DNA of 64,000 nucleotides, taken from assembly GCF_018350175.1 (NCBI RefSeq), contig NC_058368.1, forward strand, positions 145,392,001 through 145,456,000, read 5' to 3'. A program made the translations under genes and the position numbers. Positions 14,570 through 27,763 of the stretch are shown one piece after another (position 1 is the stretch's first letter; each line of letters starts with the position of its first letter). The notes under the pieces were generated by a model that was not told the origin of the DNA, did not search any database, and was given only the letters and a program-made list of their open reading frames with translations. The DNA is from Felis catus. Lineage: Eukaryota.

Positions 14570-15000
14570 TCTTAGGTTGGGTTCACCAGAATCAGAGCTT
14601 GAGATGGAGGTGCTTATTCACTGATTTGTTAGGGATAACTTTTAGAAGGGAGTGAGTGACAGAAGCAGGATAGGACAAGGGATAAAAGCTAAGGAAGAAT
14701 GTGCTCTCAGCTAGAAACTAGCTTGGGTCTGACCCCATGGGAAGCTCTGGAGCACAAACTACACCTAGATTTACTTCTGCTTTGTGTCATTGGGATGGGT
14801 CTTTTTGTACTCTGTGACAATTATTGGCTTGTCGGTCATTCATTGGATGAAGTAGAGGTAGACATAGCTTCCCAAGCAGGGTGTCTCCGGTGTTACTAGG
14901 TATTCTGCTTTGTGTTATCAGCCAACCTTCAAAACAGCTAAGTGGGGATGGGTACACTGGCCTTAAGGGGAGGTGGGTGGGGCCTCAGCAGTGTCCACTG
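14570..15000. mobile_element. Old MaLR LTR remnant
   Basis: ggttgggttcaccagaatcagagcttgagatgg; ctgaccccatgggaagctctggagc. Confidence 0.55.
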
Positions 15001-15419
15001 ACAAAGAGTAACCTGAAACCAACAAAATGGGATCTACAGCGAAATATTTATATAAGTTCTGTGTTTAGATGAAAGCAGGGAGATGATATTATTTTGGAAA
15101 ATGTGTTTATTTTTCATAGAAATATGCCATTATGTTAACATGTATTTGAAATGAACTAATACATATAATATTTTTTAATAATGTTAGTGTTAGTTGCTAA
15201 TACAGTGAATGCCAATAGATACAACTTTCTTTAAAGCTCATTGGGATCTCCAATTAATTTTAAACATGAAAAGGGATCCTGAGACCAAAAAGCTTGAGAA
15301 CCACTCATCTAGATCAAGGAACTATTACATTATTACATGTGAAGAACACTGATAACTAAAATGTATAATAAATGAATACACAAGTAAGAGTTAAAACAAA
15401 TAAATCATAAATAGAATTC

Positions 15420-15760
15420 ATCCATGCAGAGAAGCATCTCAGGGGCCACAGGTGAGCTTGCAAAGATTACTATGAGGAGTATCTGGGGCTTTGGAGACAT
15501 TAAACTGCAAATGAAGGCCTAGGCAAGTTAGTTGTCTTCAGATACCTAGAAGCCTCTTCTGTGGAAGAAAGAGTAAATTTACTCTGCTTCTGAGGATAGA
15601 ACTAGTTTGTGTTTGTAAAATATTCTAGATAATTCTCTCTAATGTTTAGTGTTGCCTACAGTGAAATCAGTCAACTTGCAGAATTGTATACTCCCTCTCC
15701 TTTTGTGGAGATATTCAGCAACAGAGTGGATAACCCTCTGTCTGGAATAGTGAGTGGTCA
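15420..15760 (+). mobile_element. CR1/L3 remnant
   Basis: gttgtcttcagatacctagaag..tgtggaagaaagagtaaatttactctg. Confidence 0.5.
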
Positions 15761-16603
15761 TTGACTGAAATGTTGAGATGCTTAAAGCACCAGGCAGATG
15801 ATGAATGAGTGAAGTGGGTGTATCAAAAGTGGCAGGACTGTGGAGAAGTGGACATGGCATGACTCGTCCAATAGGGGCAGCAGACATACAGCTCCAGGTG
15901 GATTTTCAAGACAAGGCAAAGATCTGGATTTTTGTGTGTTGGCTTAATTAAAACAAAAGAAAACAAAACAAAACAAAATTGTGCAGGTCACACAGACTAT
16001 ACCTATGGGCTGCACATGGTCCTCAGGCCACCAGCATGTAACCTAGCCTCTATTATAGAAAGAAGTCCTTTATTGTATAGAAGACTAAGCTAGGGGACTG
16101 CTAAGTTCTCTTTAGATTTTAAAGCCCAAAAGTTCCAAATCTGTATACTTCTGATTTAAAAGTTTTTAAAGGAATGACTTTGCTAATAGTTGCTTCAGTT
16201 TTGTTTTGTTTTGTTTTTGTTTTGTTTTGTTTTTATTTTGGCCATGTATGATATGGGAAACCTACTCACTTCCTTGTCCTAACCAGAACCAGCATTCTTG
16301 ATTGTAGAAAGATAGCTGGATTCATGATTTTTATGACTACAAAATTATCTCCAATGGTATGTATATAATCATAGGATTTTAAAAATCAAAGTGAAATATA
16401 ATGGAATGTATAAGTGAAGTAATTTGAGAAAATCACAATCTATATCCTTTTTGAAATTTTTAAAACGTAATTCAAAATGGTAGTTAAGAGAATGAGAGGG
16501 TATACACAATTCTCTGAAATATAATGGCGTGCTGTTTAGAGTTGGCTTTGAGGAATAGGAATTCTTATAGGTTAGTCATATTAGATAAGACAGTTATTGT
16601 TGT

Positions 16604-16782
16604 GGGTGCCTGGGTGGCTCATTTGGTTGAGCGTCCAACTCTTGATTTCAGCTCAGGTCATGATCTCAGGATTGTGGGATCGAGCCCTGCTTTGGCTCCA
16701 CTCTGAGTGTGGAGTCTGCTTAAGATTTCTCTCCTTCCTCTGCACATCCCTTGTGCTCTCTCTCTCTTTTTTTTAAAAAAAA
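16604..16782 (+). mobile_element. Older SINEC
   Basis: gggtgcctgggtggctca head, CT-rich body, A-tail. Confidence 0.9.
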
Positions 16783-18045
16783 GGACATTTGTTGTTGAGA
16801 GTAGTTAATATGATTTGCTTGTGACATTTCTGAGTTTGTGAAATAACAACAAAGACTTTGGGAATTTTTAAGCAAGGTATTTTCCTTAGCAGTCACCAAA
16901 AGAAATCTATTGCCTCAACTTAAAATCTTTGATATAAATGAATTTTTCCTCTTGAAATGGTGTCAGAGATAGGTGTGGAGCATATTTTATTTATTCATTT
17001 ACTATCTTCATTACTTTAGAGCCTCAGGTTGTACCTTCAGATTACATTTTTTAAAACTATGAAAATGATAGAGTCATAAAGATAGCAATAGCATGCTACT
17101 GGAGGAAGGATTTTTGTCCTAGGGCCTTGTAGTTCACTAACTGGGACTTTCCTTAGTCCAGGGCAGGTAGAATATTATAGAAAGCCCTCAACAAAAACAA
17201 CCTATCATAAATTCCCTGAAGCATAAAGCCGAGAATCAGTAACTGGAGATGATCTCAATTGCCAAAAGAACATATTCAAGAGAATGATGATCTTCTGAGG
17301 TAACCAGGTCTTCAAATATACTCATTTGCCCTAAGGATTTTATTAAGTGGCTTCTAGGATGAGTTCTATTTTGTATGTCCAAAATAGACTCCTATGTCAT
17401 AATGTTGTGTGTATGTGTGTTTAATAATGGAACAAGTGACAAGCAACGGCTCTCAGTATTAACAATTTCTTTGTAAAGCAACTGCTATTTTTAGACTAAA
17501 GTATAGACCTGTTGGTAAATGTAACTAATGAGTAATAAGCATGATTACCCCTAGTATTTGGAGATGTAATTATTAAAGCAATGTTAGAATACCAGAAAGC
17601 CTTTTATATTTAATGTGCATTGATACAAATGGACACATGTGTAGTAGTCAGTTTTTATTTATTGATATGATGAATTTAACACTGATAGATAAATGGGTTG
17701 TTAAAGAAAATAACTATTAATACAGCAGATCCAATTGCACTCTTGTGTTTTTCTTGAGGTATTTTGATAAAATTAAAAGACAATGCAATTTTTATTTTAT
17801 TTAGAGTGTAAATATGCCATAGAGTGATGTGGTATTTGAAAGTAGGGAGTATAGGATATGCTCAAAACCAACCGGGTCCGATTAGGATTTGCAGCTGTAA
17901 TTAAACTGTGGATTATTACACTAAATATAGTATTTATTATAAAATTATAAATTTTATATTATAAAATATATTATATTATAAAATATTTTATATTTTATAT
18001 TATTTATTATAGAATTATGTTTGTTAAGTTATTCTTAATACTCGC

Positions 18046-18083
18046 CAGAAAGTACATATAAAGACAGAAAGTACATATAAAGA
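18046..18083. repeat. Perfect 19-bp tandem duplication
   Basis: cagaaagtacatataaaga x2. Confidence 0.9.
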
Positions 18084-18285
18084 TGTGGCACTAAAACTGC
18101 TTGATCTAATGAAATCTTAGGGTTAAAGCAACTTAGTGTTCTCTTGTGAAGCCAGGGAGTCGTACAGGGAAATGTTTCACTTTCCTGAATCTTCCTTCTT
18201 CTCTAGGCCCTACGTACCTGAATGAATATTACTTTGCAAAATTCAGAGTGTGTTAGGTTAATTGAGAACCTATAGCCTTAATGTC

Positions 18286-18492
18286 TTTTTAAAAAAATGA
18301 TTTATTTTTGAGAGAGAGAGAGAAAGAGAGAGAGACTGAGGGAGGGGGAGAGAGACAGGGAGACAGAGGATCTGAAGCAGGCTCTGCACTGACAGCAGTG
18401 AGCCCCATGTGGGGCTTGAACCCATGAACCATGAGATGATGACCTGTGCTGAAGTTAGATGGTCATCCAACTGATCCACCCAGCCACTCCCC
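18286..18492 (-). mobile_element. Older SINEC
   Basis: Antisense SINEC with (GA)n. Confidence 0.9.
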
Positions 18493-18809
18493 TAAATGGC
18501 TTCCTAAGGTTAGTTCTACACTGGAAATTCTCTGTACTCTTTTTTCCTTGGCAAAGAGAGAATCTATTTTTTGAGAGAAATCAAGATGAGTCAATTCAGG
18601 CAGATAACTAATTTTTTTTCTATTTATCAAGTTAGTAGAAAAGCTTTTGTAAAGGCACCTGGCATGGCCATTGTATTTTATCTCAGCAGCAAGTTATATT
18701 GGAAAGTTTCCTTTATGTATAGCTCTAGTATTGAGGCTTTTTAAAAATCAAAAGTAAGGTTATTTCTAGCCATAGATGTGTACTTGAGAGAATACTGGGC
18801 TGATATATA

Positions 18810-19038
18810 TTTTTTTAATTTTTTAATGTTTGTTTTTAAGAGAGAGAGATAGAGTGCGAGCAGGGGTGGGGGTTGTGGGTTGGGCAGAGAGAGAGAGAGA
18901 GAGAGAGAGAATCTGAAGCAGGCCCCAAGCTCTCAGCTGACAGCAGCAAGCCCCACGTGGGGCTCAGTCTCATAAACCATGAGATCGTGACCTAAGCCAA
19001 AGTCAGACACTTAACTGACTGAGCCACCCAGGCACTCC
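18810..19038 (-). mobile_element. Older SINEC
   Basis: Antisense SINEC ending gagccacccaggcactcc. Confidence 0.9.
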
Positions 19039-19399
19039 TGAACTGGTATTTCTGTATCAAAATCTGACAAGCTTTCAATGTGGAATGTTTATGTCCAGTT
19101 ATAAAGGTCTAACAGGAACCAATTGTTTCTGAGGAAGGACACTTAATGTATTACTTTAGTTGTTCTAATTGTATGTTCCTACTGTTTCTTATAATGAGTT
19201 TGAGATGCTTTCCACGAAATACTTTAAGAAATATACTTAATGGATTGATTGAGGGTTTCAAACTTTATTTGGGTACTTTCTCATGGAGAATTTCTGAGCA
19301 GGATATCTTGATTTTACAGTCAAATCTAAAATAAATGAAAGTGAAACCATTATTTTGCACTTCTTTCTGCCCCTTTGATTTTTAAAAATTTTTACTTAA

Positions 19400-19803
19400 T
19401 TTCATTTTTTAAACAAGAGAAAGAGAGTGCACATGAGTGCAAGCAGGGGAAGGGGAGAGGGAGAGGGAGAGAGAATCTTCAGCAGGCTCCATGCCTAGCC
19501 TGGAGCCTCTTGCGGGGCTTGATCCCATGAACTTGAGATCATGACCTGAGCTGAAATCAAGAGTCAGACACCTGGACTTTGGCTCAGGTCATGATCTCAC
19601 AATTTGTGAGTTTGAGCCCTGCTGCATCAGTCTCTGCTGATGGCTTGGAGCCTGGAGCCTGCTTTGAATTCTGTGTCTCCCTCTCTCTCTGCCCCTTCCA
19701 CATTCAGACTCTGTGTCTCTCTCTCTTTCTCAAAAATAAACAAACATTAAAAATTTAAAAAAAAATGTTGGATGCTCGATTGACTGAACCACTCAGGGAC
19801 CCC
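19400..19803. mobile_element. Nested SINECs: 5'-truncated + strand copy (~19573-19765) inside a - strand copy
   Basis: The minus copy breaks at ..aagagtcagacac and resumes at ..tgttggatgctcgattgactgaaccactcagggacccc after the plus copy's A-tail. Confidence 0.88.
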
Positions 19804-20378
19804 AGAATTTTTTTTTTTTAAGCCAGTGGAAACTCAGTGTATGGTTGGGGATAGGGTACATTGCTTGGAATATATTACAATGAGATTTGATCTTACAAAA
19901 GATTAAATAGAATCTAAAATATTTGAGTTTTCAGAATTATTAATTATATTTAAAATCCTTTTTTTTCCCTTAGTTAAATTGAAAAAGTTAATTAAAAGAT
20001 TATTTTCTGGAGTAAAAGAAATATCCATTAGCGTAATTTTCTATGCAGGGCTCAAAAACAATGTTGTCATATACTCTAAAGAAATTGAATGTTACAATGG
20101 AAATGTGTGATCTCATGGTGAACTGTAATCTTCTAGATGTTTAGAGGGTTGTTTTCTTGGTAGCTTGAGTGAAATTAGTTACTTGTTGGGATTTTTTTTT
20201 AACTGTCAGATAAAGATTAACTGTTGTACAGAATATTATTTTACTGTGGAACCATTGCTCAGAACTAGGGACAGTTATGCATATAGATGGCTACTTACAT
20301 AGTAGGACTCTATAGCTCCCCATATTTCTCCCACTAGTACCTGAAGTGCCCACTATTAAAGAGCTTTATTAAAAACAC

Positions 20379-20380
<2 letters not shown>

Positions 20381-20436
<56 letters not shown>
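20381..20436. repeat. (AT)15 followed by a T run
   Basis: Direct reading. Confidence 0.95.
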
Positions 20437-21479
20437 GCAGGGAGAGAGCAAAACATTTTCAAATTGGGTTAGTGGTTCCAAACCCTACTGCTGAAGTCTG
20501 AGCACTGATCTGGTTAGATTACTCTGATCACCACTGTGTCCTTACAATCTAGCCCAGTGTCTGGCATATAAATGCTGGAAACTAATATAGCCTGTATTTT
20601 AATTTTTGTAGATTGAACTCTCTAGAATTTCCCATCTAATTTACTGCTAACTTAACTAAAAGTCCGCACTGTTAGAATAAATATTTTATCATTATTAACT
20701 TACAAAGTTTTGGGGAATATTTATTAAAGTTTATTTCTGGATTTATGTGCCTAAGGTAGTAGACTGTGGAAAAAATGAAGTATTGGACTTTGTTACAGTT
20801 TTTCAAAGTGAAAAGCTAAGAGGAAAAACTAAGAATAAGGCATCAAAGTGTTTTTAACAATATTGCTTCTGATTGCATAAATGGGACATGGGAACTTCAA
20901 TAATGTTTTTCCATATGGTGCTTGCAAATTTGCTATTTTAGAGGTATTCTTTGCTCTTAGCACATTGTTAGTCTTTTGTATTTGTGATAAGCATTGAGAA
21001 GTTACATCTAGTTCTAGCTGACCTCAAAGGAGTCTTAGTTGCAGAGTACAGATTTGTCTCAGCTATAGTTTTGAATGGATTGGAAAGAGTAGGAAGGCTA
21101 TCAAGCTGGCAGTGCTACATAAAGAATGTCTAGATGGATGCCTAAAAGAATGCCTTCTTTGGCTGGTGGGTCAGAGGGTACAGCAGCCTGGGTAATTAAA
21201 TGTGGTCTCTCTTCTCTTGTTGCTCATCCCCAGCATATTTTGAAGGAAGAGAAGTTGTAATCTGAAAGTTGTAAGACTCTTGGATGAGAGAGTTAAAATG
21301 ACCATTGATTAATCTTGAAGTTCTATTATTAATGCTTTCTTTCCAGTAACTATTTTTGAAATAAGTAGTTCACCCTCAGCATCACTTTGGGTTTGTTAGA
21401 TGTGAAACAAAAGAGAAAAATATAATGATGATCTCAAACTATGTAATTCTCCTGTTTATAGACTTATTTTTAACTATAT

Positions 21480-21970
21480 TTATACTTTTCTCCCTCTGAA
21501 TGTGCTCTGTACAGTGTTTTTGTCTCAAGACCCTCCATGATATCAGTCCCTTTTTTATTTCTCTTGCTTTCTTACTTAGTCTTGACCTTGCCGTCTCAGT
21601 AATGCCCACAACACCTAAGTTCCATGGTCCCACATTTTTATGCCACACTTATGTTTCCACTTCTCTGTTCTATAATCCTGTCTCACCTCTATCCTTCACT
21701 ACCTGATTTCTTGAATAAGCAATCTGTAATACCTTCACTCTTGTCACTCATTTCAACTTCAAGTCTTTTTCTATTGACTTCTATCAAAATCAAGCTATGG
21801 AAATTGATTTCTTCTAAGTTACTAGTTACCTTGTAATCACCACATCTAGTGTTCTTTTCCCCCTTGACCACACTGCAACGTTTGACGCTATTGACTAAGA
21901 CCTTTCTTCATAAATTCTCTCTCCTTTTTGACTTTGTGACACTGGTGACAAAGTATTCTTTTTATTCTCT
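21480..21970 (+). mobile_element. L2 LINE fragment (RT region)
   Basis: cttgaccacactgcaacgtttgacgctattgac translates LDHTATFDAID, like the L2 RT motif LDLSAAFDTVD; pyrimidine-rich. Confidence 0.6.
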
Positions 21971-22518
21971 CTTTCTAACAGTTTATTATCACTATTATTC
22001 TGTGGCTAATATCTTCCCGAAGTCAGAATCCTTGGGGAGTGCTGAAGGTCAACTCATACAAAGATGAATCCAGAGGGCAGGGTGGAGGTGAAAATGAGAA
22101 GCCAAGTCAAGAGTCATGACTACAGAACTAATCAGAGGATCTTGGGCAACTACCTCGAATAAAGCTGAAGTGCCCATAGCTTTTCAGTTTGACAGCTGGC
22201 ATTTTGACAAATCAGACTGACTTAAAAACACATGGGTGGAATCTGGCAACAAGAAACTTGAGGGCTGGGATTCCATCTGTTCCTCTGTCCCTTTGGCTGC
22301 CTTATGAACCCATTGACCAATCTTTGTTTCTACACTGACTTTCAATATTTAGGGAAGAGGCTGTAGCACATGCTGGACATTCTTGAAGTGTGATACTAAC
22401 TTCCAAAATGTTTTTCCAAATCATACTCATTTGGTGACACAAGGTGTTGGAATTGACCTGGCAGGAAGTCTAGTATCTTGGGGATTTTTTTGTTTTTGTT
22501 TTTGATTGTTTTGTTTTG

Positions 22519-22519
<1 letters not shown>

Positions 22520-22578
<59 letters not shown>
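22520..22578. repeat. (TTTC)n tetranucleotide microsatellite
   Basis: Direct reading. Confidence 0.95.
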
Positions 22579-24489
22579 TTTCCTTTTTAACCACTTATTA
22601 CGTCTCAGGTTCTGGGGAATGGCTGTCGGAGGTCTACATGGTGGTGAGTGTAGAAGGGAATGTTGGTAAGCAAGAGTGGCTCTGCATTAAAAGTAATTTG
22701 GGGCTGCACATGTGAGTGTTGAGACTTTAGACTGATTTGAGAAGTAGTTAGAGTTTTTAATATGGTTTGACTAAATCTCCTCTTCTGAGGAGCAATAGGC
22801 TGTCTGTGTTAGGGCCTTGACCAGATTGTTGGTACGTTGTTAGGTTCCTGAATCTGGGATCTCCATGCAAGTTAATGAGGAGGACTGAGAAACAGAGAGA
22901 CAGACCAAGTCAGAATCTATCAATGAAAGCTGAGATTCAAACACCAAGAAGAGTAGTACAAACATTTCCCCCCAAATTAGAGGGAATGATGATGTCACAG
23001 GTTTGAAGTTAGGCAGAGATGAAACTGCAGTAAGGTTAGGTGGGGAATAAGGAGGACATGAGTGATTGCCCCAGCCATTCTGGAGTGTGCTGGATCTTCT
23101 TTGCATTTCACGAATGAATAGTATTTGAGTGTGTCAGACAAGTTTAAAGAGTTAGGAGGAGTCAAAAGGCAGTGTGAATATGTGGGTAGGAGAATCAGAT
23201 GAGTTCTATAATTTGAATGTGCTTTCTCCTAGCTCTGGTCCTTGTCTGTGTTCCCTGTTTTAGTCTTTTGTTTGTTTGAGGGTATCTGGTGAGTCTTTCT
23301 GGATGTTCTACAGCTGTTGCCGATATTGGTTGGTAGCTGAGGGTTATTTATATCTTTGCTTAGAGGTGATAGGAAGCAACTTAGTGGAAGCTGTAGTCTC
23401 TAGTGTTATCCCCCTACTCATCTGCTCAAATCCTTGAGCATAGGATTCACAGCTTCAATTTACCCTGTAGCATTTTCTCAGAGAATCATTTTGAATGAGG
23501 GGTCTACCAGAAAAACTATTATAAAGAACTACCAATAGAAAGTTTTATTCCATAGAAAGGCTTTTCTTGTGAAAATATCCAATGTGGCATTATTGCTCTA
23601 TGATAGGTATTTTGTGAAATAAAAAGGTAAAAAAAAAAGTGAGAATATACTTGTCTGAAATATGTTGTTTATAGAAGCTCCAAAGTATATTAACATGAAA
23701 TTTCGATTTTTCCAAAAAGACCAAAAATATCATATTCGACAGAGATCTTTTTTGAAAAAAGTTTATACAGCTTCCATACTTGTATGTATGATTGGTAGTT
23801 TAGTGCTCTTTTTAAAAATAATAAACAAATGAATGTTTCAGGAAACCTGTGCTAGACTGAAGCAGGTGGAACTGATTTAATGTTATGGATAATTGCATAA
23901 TTAGTGCTATAAAAAATAAACCATACTATCTACTTGATGGACTGGAGCTGCTGTGAAGGAGGTGTGTAATTATACAATCAGCATCCTCCTCCTATGCTGA
24001 TTCTAGGTAATCCTTTTTCTGCCTTGTCTGAGAAGGGGCTTCCTGTCTTGTGTTTCCTGATGTTATTTAAGTGAACAGAACTGAGCATTGAATAGTTTCC
24101 AGTCCCTTGGTAAGTCTTTCCCTGTCCTGTGTCTATGTGAGTGCATCCTTTGAGACCAGTGGCTTTCATACTTTTTGATATAAACCCACAATAAGAAATG
24201 CATTTTATAGTAGGACCCAGTATATTGCATATGCACATACCTGAAACCAAGGCTTATGAAACAATTTTTTTTTAAATATAGCCTGTTTTACTAGTTATTC
24301 TGCTGTATTTAATTTTTTAAAAAATGCTCGTCGAGGCCCACCACTTGATTTCAGAACCTGCTAATGGCTTATGACTCTTATTTGGAAAATACTGCCTAGA
24401 CTTTTGGTGATTGCTAATGTTAGTTGAAAGGATTCTGAGAGTAGTGTAATGGGGCCGCCGTGGGCTTTGGGTAGCAGGTGGCATGGCAT

Positions 24490-24900
24490 GGTTGAAAGAG
24501 CAAGGGCTTTGGAGTTGGGCAAATTTGGTTTTAAATCCCAACCTTCCCTCATTTTAGCTGTGTACTTTGAACATGTTACTGAACCTTTTTGAGCCTCAAA
24601 TCCCTCATCTGTAAACCTGGGCCCCAAATACTTAAGGGAGTCAGGAGGTGGGGAATCGGGGGCTGAGCATAAGTGGGGTTGATGTGTGCATTAAATGATA
24701 TCATGGAAGAAACAACTGGCCAGTGCTGTGAAAATAAAACACAGTGCTTCATAAAGTTTATATTCCTTTCTCTGCTCTTTCTCAACATCAAACATATCAA
24801 CAGTCGAAGGGTACTGTAACAGTCCCTGCCTCAAGGGGTGGTTTATGAGGATCAAATAGGATAATGGGTGCAAGGATTAACAAATGTTAATTTTTATTAA
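24490..24900 (+). mobile_element. MIR fragments
   Basis: ggctttggagttgg..gagcctcaaatccctcatctgtaaa; gaggatcaaataggataatg. Confidence 0.7.
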
Positions 24901-27534
24901 TGCAACTTAAGGCAGCTTTACTGTTTCAGAGTAAATGTGTGCAAGTGGATAGACTTCTACAAGGTTAATTGACAACACTGGGAAACAAAACTGGTGCTGA
25001 ATTTCTGTGTTGTGTAGTGACTGTTAGCAGCAAGGATTATTTTGAAATACGGTGGTATCGTGTGTTGATACTGGAGAGCTGCTACCAAAGCTGCCAAAGT
25101 ATGATTTATAACAGAGCCCATTATAAATTGCTGTATACAAGTTGTTCCATATTACATCATATGTAGAATTTAAAGAAACTTTAAAATTAGTCAACAAAGG
25201 ATTTTACTTCATCAAGACCTGGAAAATGAATATCAGAAGACAACTAATTACCTCTTGTATAATATTTGTGAAATTTTCTTTACCTTAACCGGAATACAGT
25301 ATATTACTGTAATTGTGAGGGTAAAAAAAAATTTAACCTTCATCTCACTGCATGAAATCTTGGAGAGGGGAGAATTTTCATTGTACAATTGTACATGGTT
25401 CTAAAACCACCTCCTTTTGTTTAAATGTGTTATAGTTTTTACTACTTCTGAAATAGTTCATGACTTTGAAGTGCTGTTTCCTCACTAGTTCCAATTTTTA
25501 ACTTTCTCACCTGAAATGAAATTTCTTGGTCTCTATACTGTCTGTGCTCCTCTCTTCCATGCATTTTTTTCTCTGAAGTTGTACTGATATTGTGATTATT
25601 TAGTGGTAACCTGGGCTTTGTTGGTCAGGGAAAGGGATATAAATCAGCCAAGGCAAGTATGAAGCAATGGCAGCTACAAAGCATCTTTATGTCTTATTTT
25701 CCACGGTGTCCAGTCTCTACTTGCTCTGAAATGTCTCAGTCTCACGTTAGGCATATGTTGGTTGATTGTACTTAATTTCCCTGACATTTCTGTTTTCAGA
25801 TGCTTCCATCACATTAAGAAATACCCTAATGCTTGTGTTAAGTTCAAATCACCCTTACAGGCATTCAGAAGAAAAGGCCCGGCTCCTTTAAGACAGAAAC
25901 ACCTTTTTCTCAGCCAGAAAGCTCATTGTAAAACTGAAGGGCTTACCCAAAAAGGGCTTTAATGTAAATTGAATATTGATAGAGAAAGGAGGTTAATTAG
26001 CCTTAGTAACTTGGTTGCTAAGGAAGCATTTTCCTGATTGGGAGGGAACTCTCCTGGGTGTTCTGCATCTTGTTGTGGACCTAAGACGCTTTGTTTTATC
26101 TCTTGCTTTCTGTTTCTGAGTTGGAAGAGGAAAGAGCAGAAAGCTATCATAGGGATGAAAAGCTGTGGGAAGCAGATGGTTGTTCTCTCTTAGCTACAGA
26201 AAGAGAGAGCTAAATACTGACTAGCAACAAGCCAACGCCAGCAAGGACTCTTTGTTTAAGGCAGACAGTTGGAAATACCATGAGGGCAAGATATAAAGAA
26301 CTTGCATGGGAGAACATAGAGAGGTTGGACTAGGGTTTTTTCAGTCCCTGAAAACATTGCAGGTGAGAGAAATTAAAGGACGTTGTGAATGGATATCCAA
26401 CAACCATGTCAAATAATAGGATTACATGTTTTCAACATGGTTGAGGTTATTAAGAGAAGTTATTTAGCTTGTATTTATTTTACATTTGGAAGGTTTTATT
26501 CTCTATTATATATGAAATTTGGTAGATTTAGAATTTGTTAATCTATATTTTAATAAAGAATGTTTAGTTACAGATACTGCTTTATGTTACATGGTTTATT
26601 GTTTAGTGTAATAGAAGTGACTTTGAAGTTAATAAATTAAAATTTTTCCAGTGAAATACTTTTTTTTCAAAACAAAAATGTCTTTGAATATCGACTAATC
26701 CATGTATGCTAAGTTCTCTGGTTATCTTTAAGTAATTTGTGAAAGATTATTTCCACGTACTAAATGGCACTTGACTAACCTCAGGGAGTTAGTGCCTATA
26801 GTTTACTTAATTTCATTTTTTTTTCATTCACTGCTTTGTTCAACAAATATTTTTTTGAATATCTGTTGAGCACCAGGCATTGTGTTAAAAGGTACCAAAA
26901 GAAATAAAGCACTCCTAGGAGGTAGTGATGCATTCTTAGGAGAATTTGGAAGATGAAAATAGTTTTGCTGGCATTTTATGGTCTGTGTTAGATTTTCTAG
27001 GTTTTCTTCATTGTTAGCGTTGAATATTATTATTTGTTGTACTGATTACTGTATTATTTGTTGTCTTTAGTTTTTATGGCACTTTTAAATTATAAAATTC
27101 TTCTCAGCACTGTTATTTGGATTGTTTTTAATAGACATAGACTTAAAAATGCAGCTAGAATTTTGTGGCTCCTCTTATGACCCTGGATAGGGTCCTCATT
27201 GATAACCTGTCTGGAATTTACCTGGTTTTCCTGGCCATTCAGTTCTTATATGCTGAGTGTGATAGGAGGATCTCAGTGGAGAAGCAAAATTTGGTGATCC
27301 TTTTGAAGGCCTCTGATTATAATAATATTCTCAGAGAAGCTAGTTTACCATGGAATTACTTAAGTATAACCAGAGGACTTAGTAAATATCAGTGATGACT
27401 CTAACACTACAAGGCCAGATGGCATTATCAAGTAAAACACATTAATAGAATAATAGACTAAATTGGACACCTTCAATAAGATAGGGATAGAATAATATAT
27501 TAAATGTATGGAGAGTACTCACTGGTCTCCTTCC

Positions 27535-27763
27535 TTTTTTTTTTTTTTTTTAGGTTTATTTTTTTGAGACAGAGTACACATTTGCACACGTGTGAGTGGG
27601 AGAGGAACAGAGAGAGAGAGAGGGAGAGAGAGAATCCCAGGTAGGCTCTACACTGTCAGTGTAGAGTGGGACTCAGGGCTTGAGCACCACAACTGTGAGG
27701 TCAAGAATAAGTTAACCTGAAATCAAGAATTGGTTGCTTAATGGACTAAGTCACCCAGTCGCT
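27535..27763 (-). mobile_element. Older SINEC
   Basis: T-tail, (GA)n; flanked by ctccttccttttt repeats. Confidence 0.88.
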
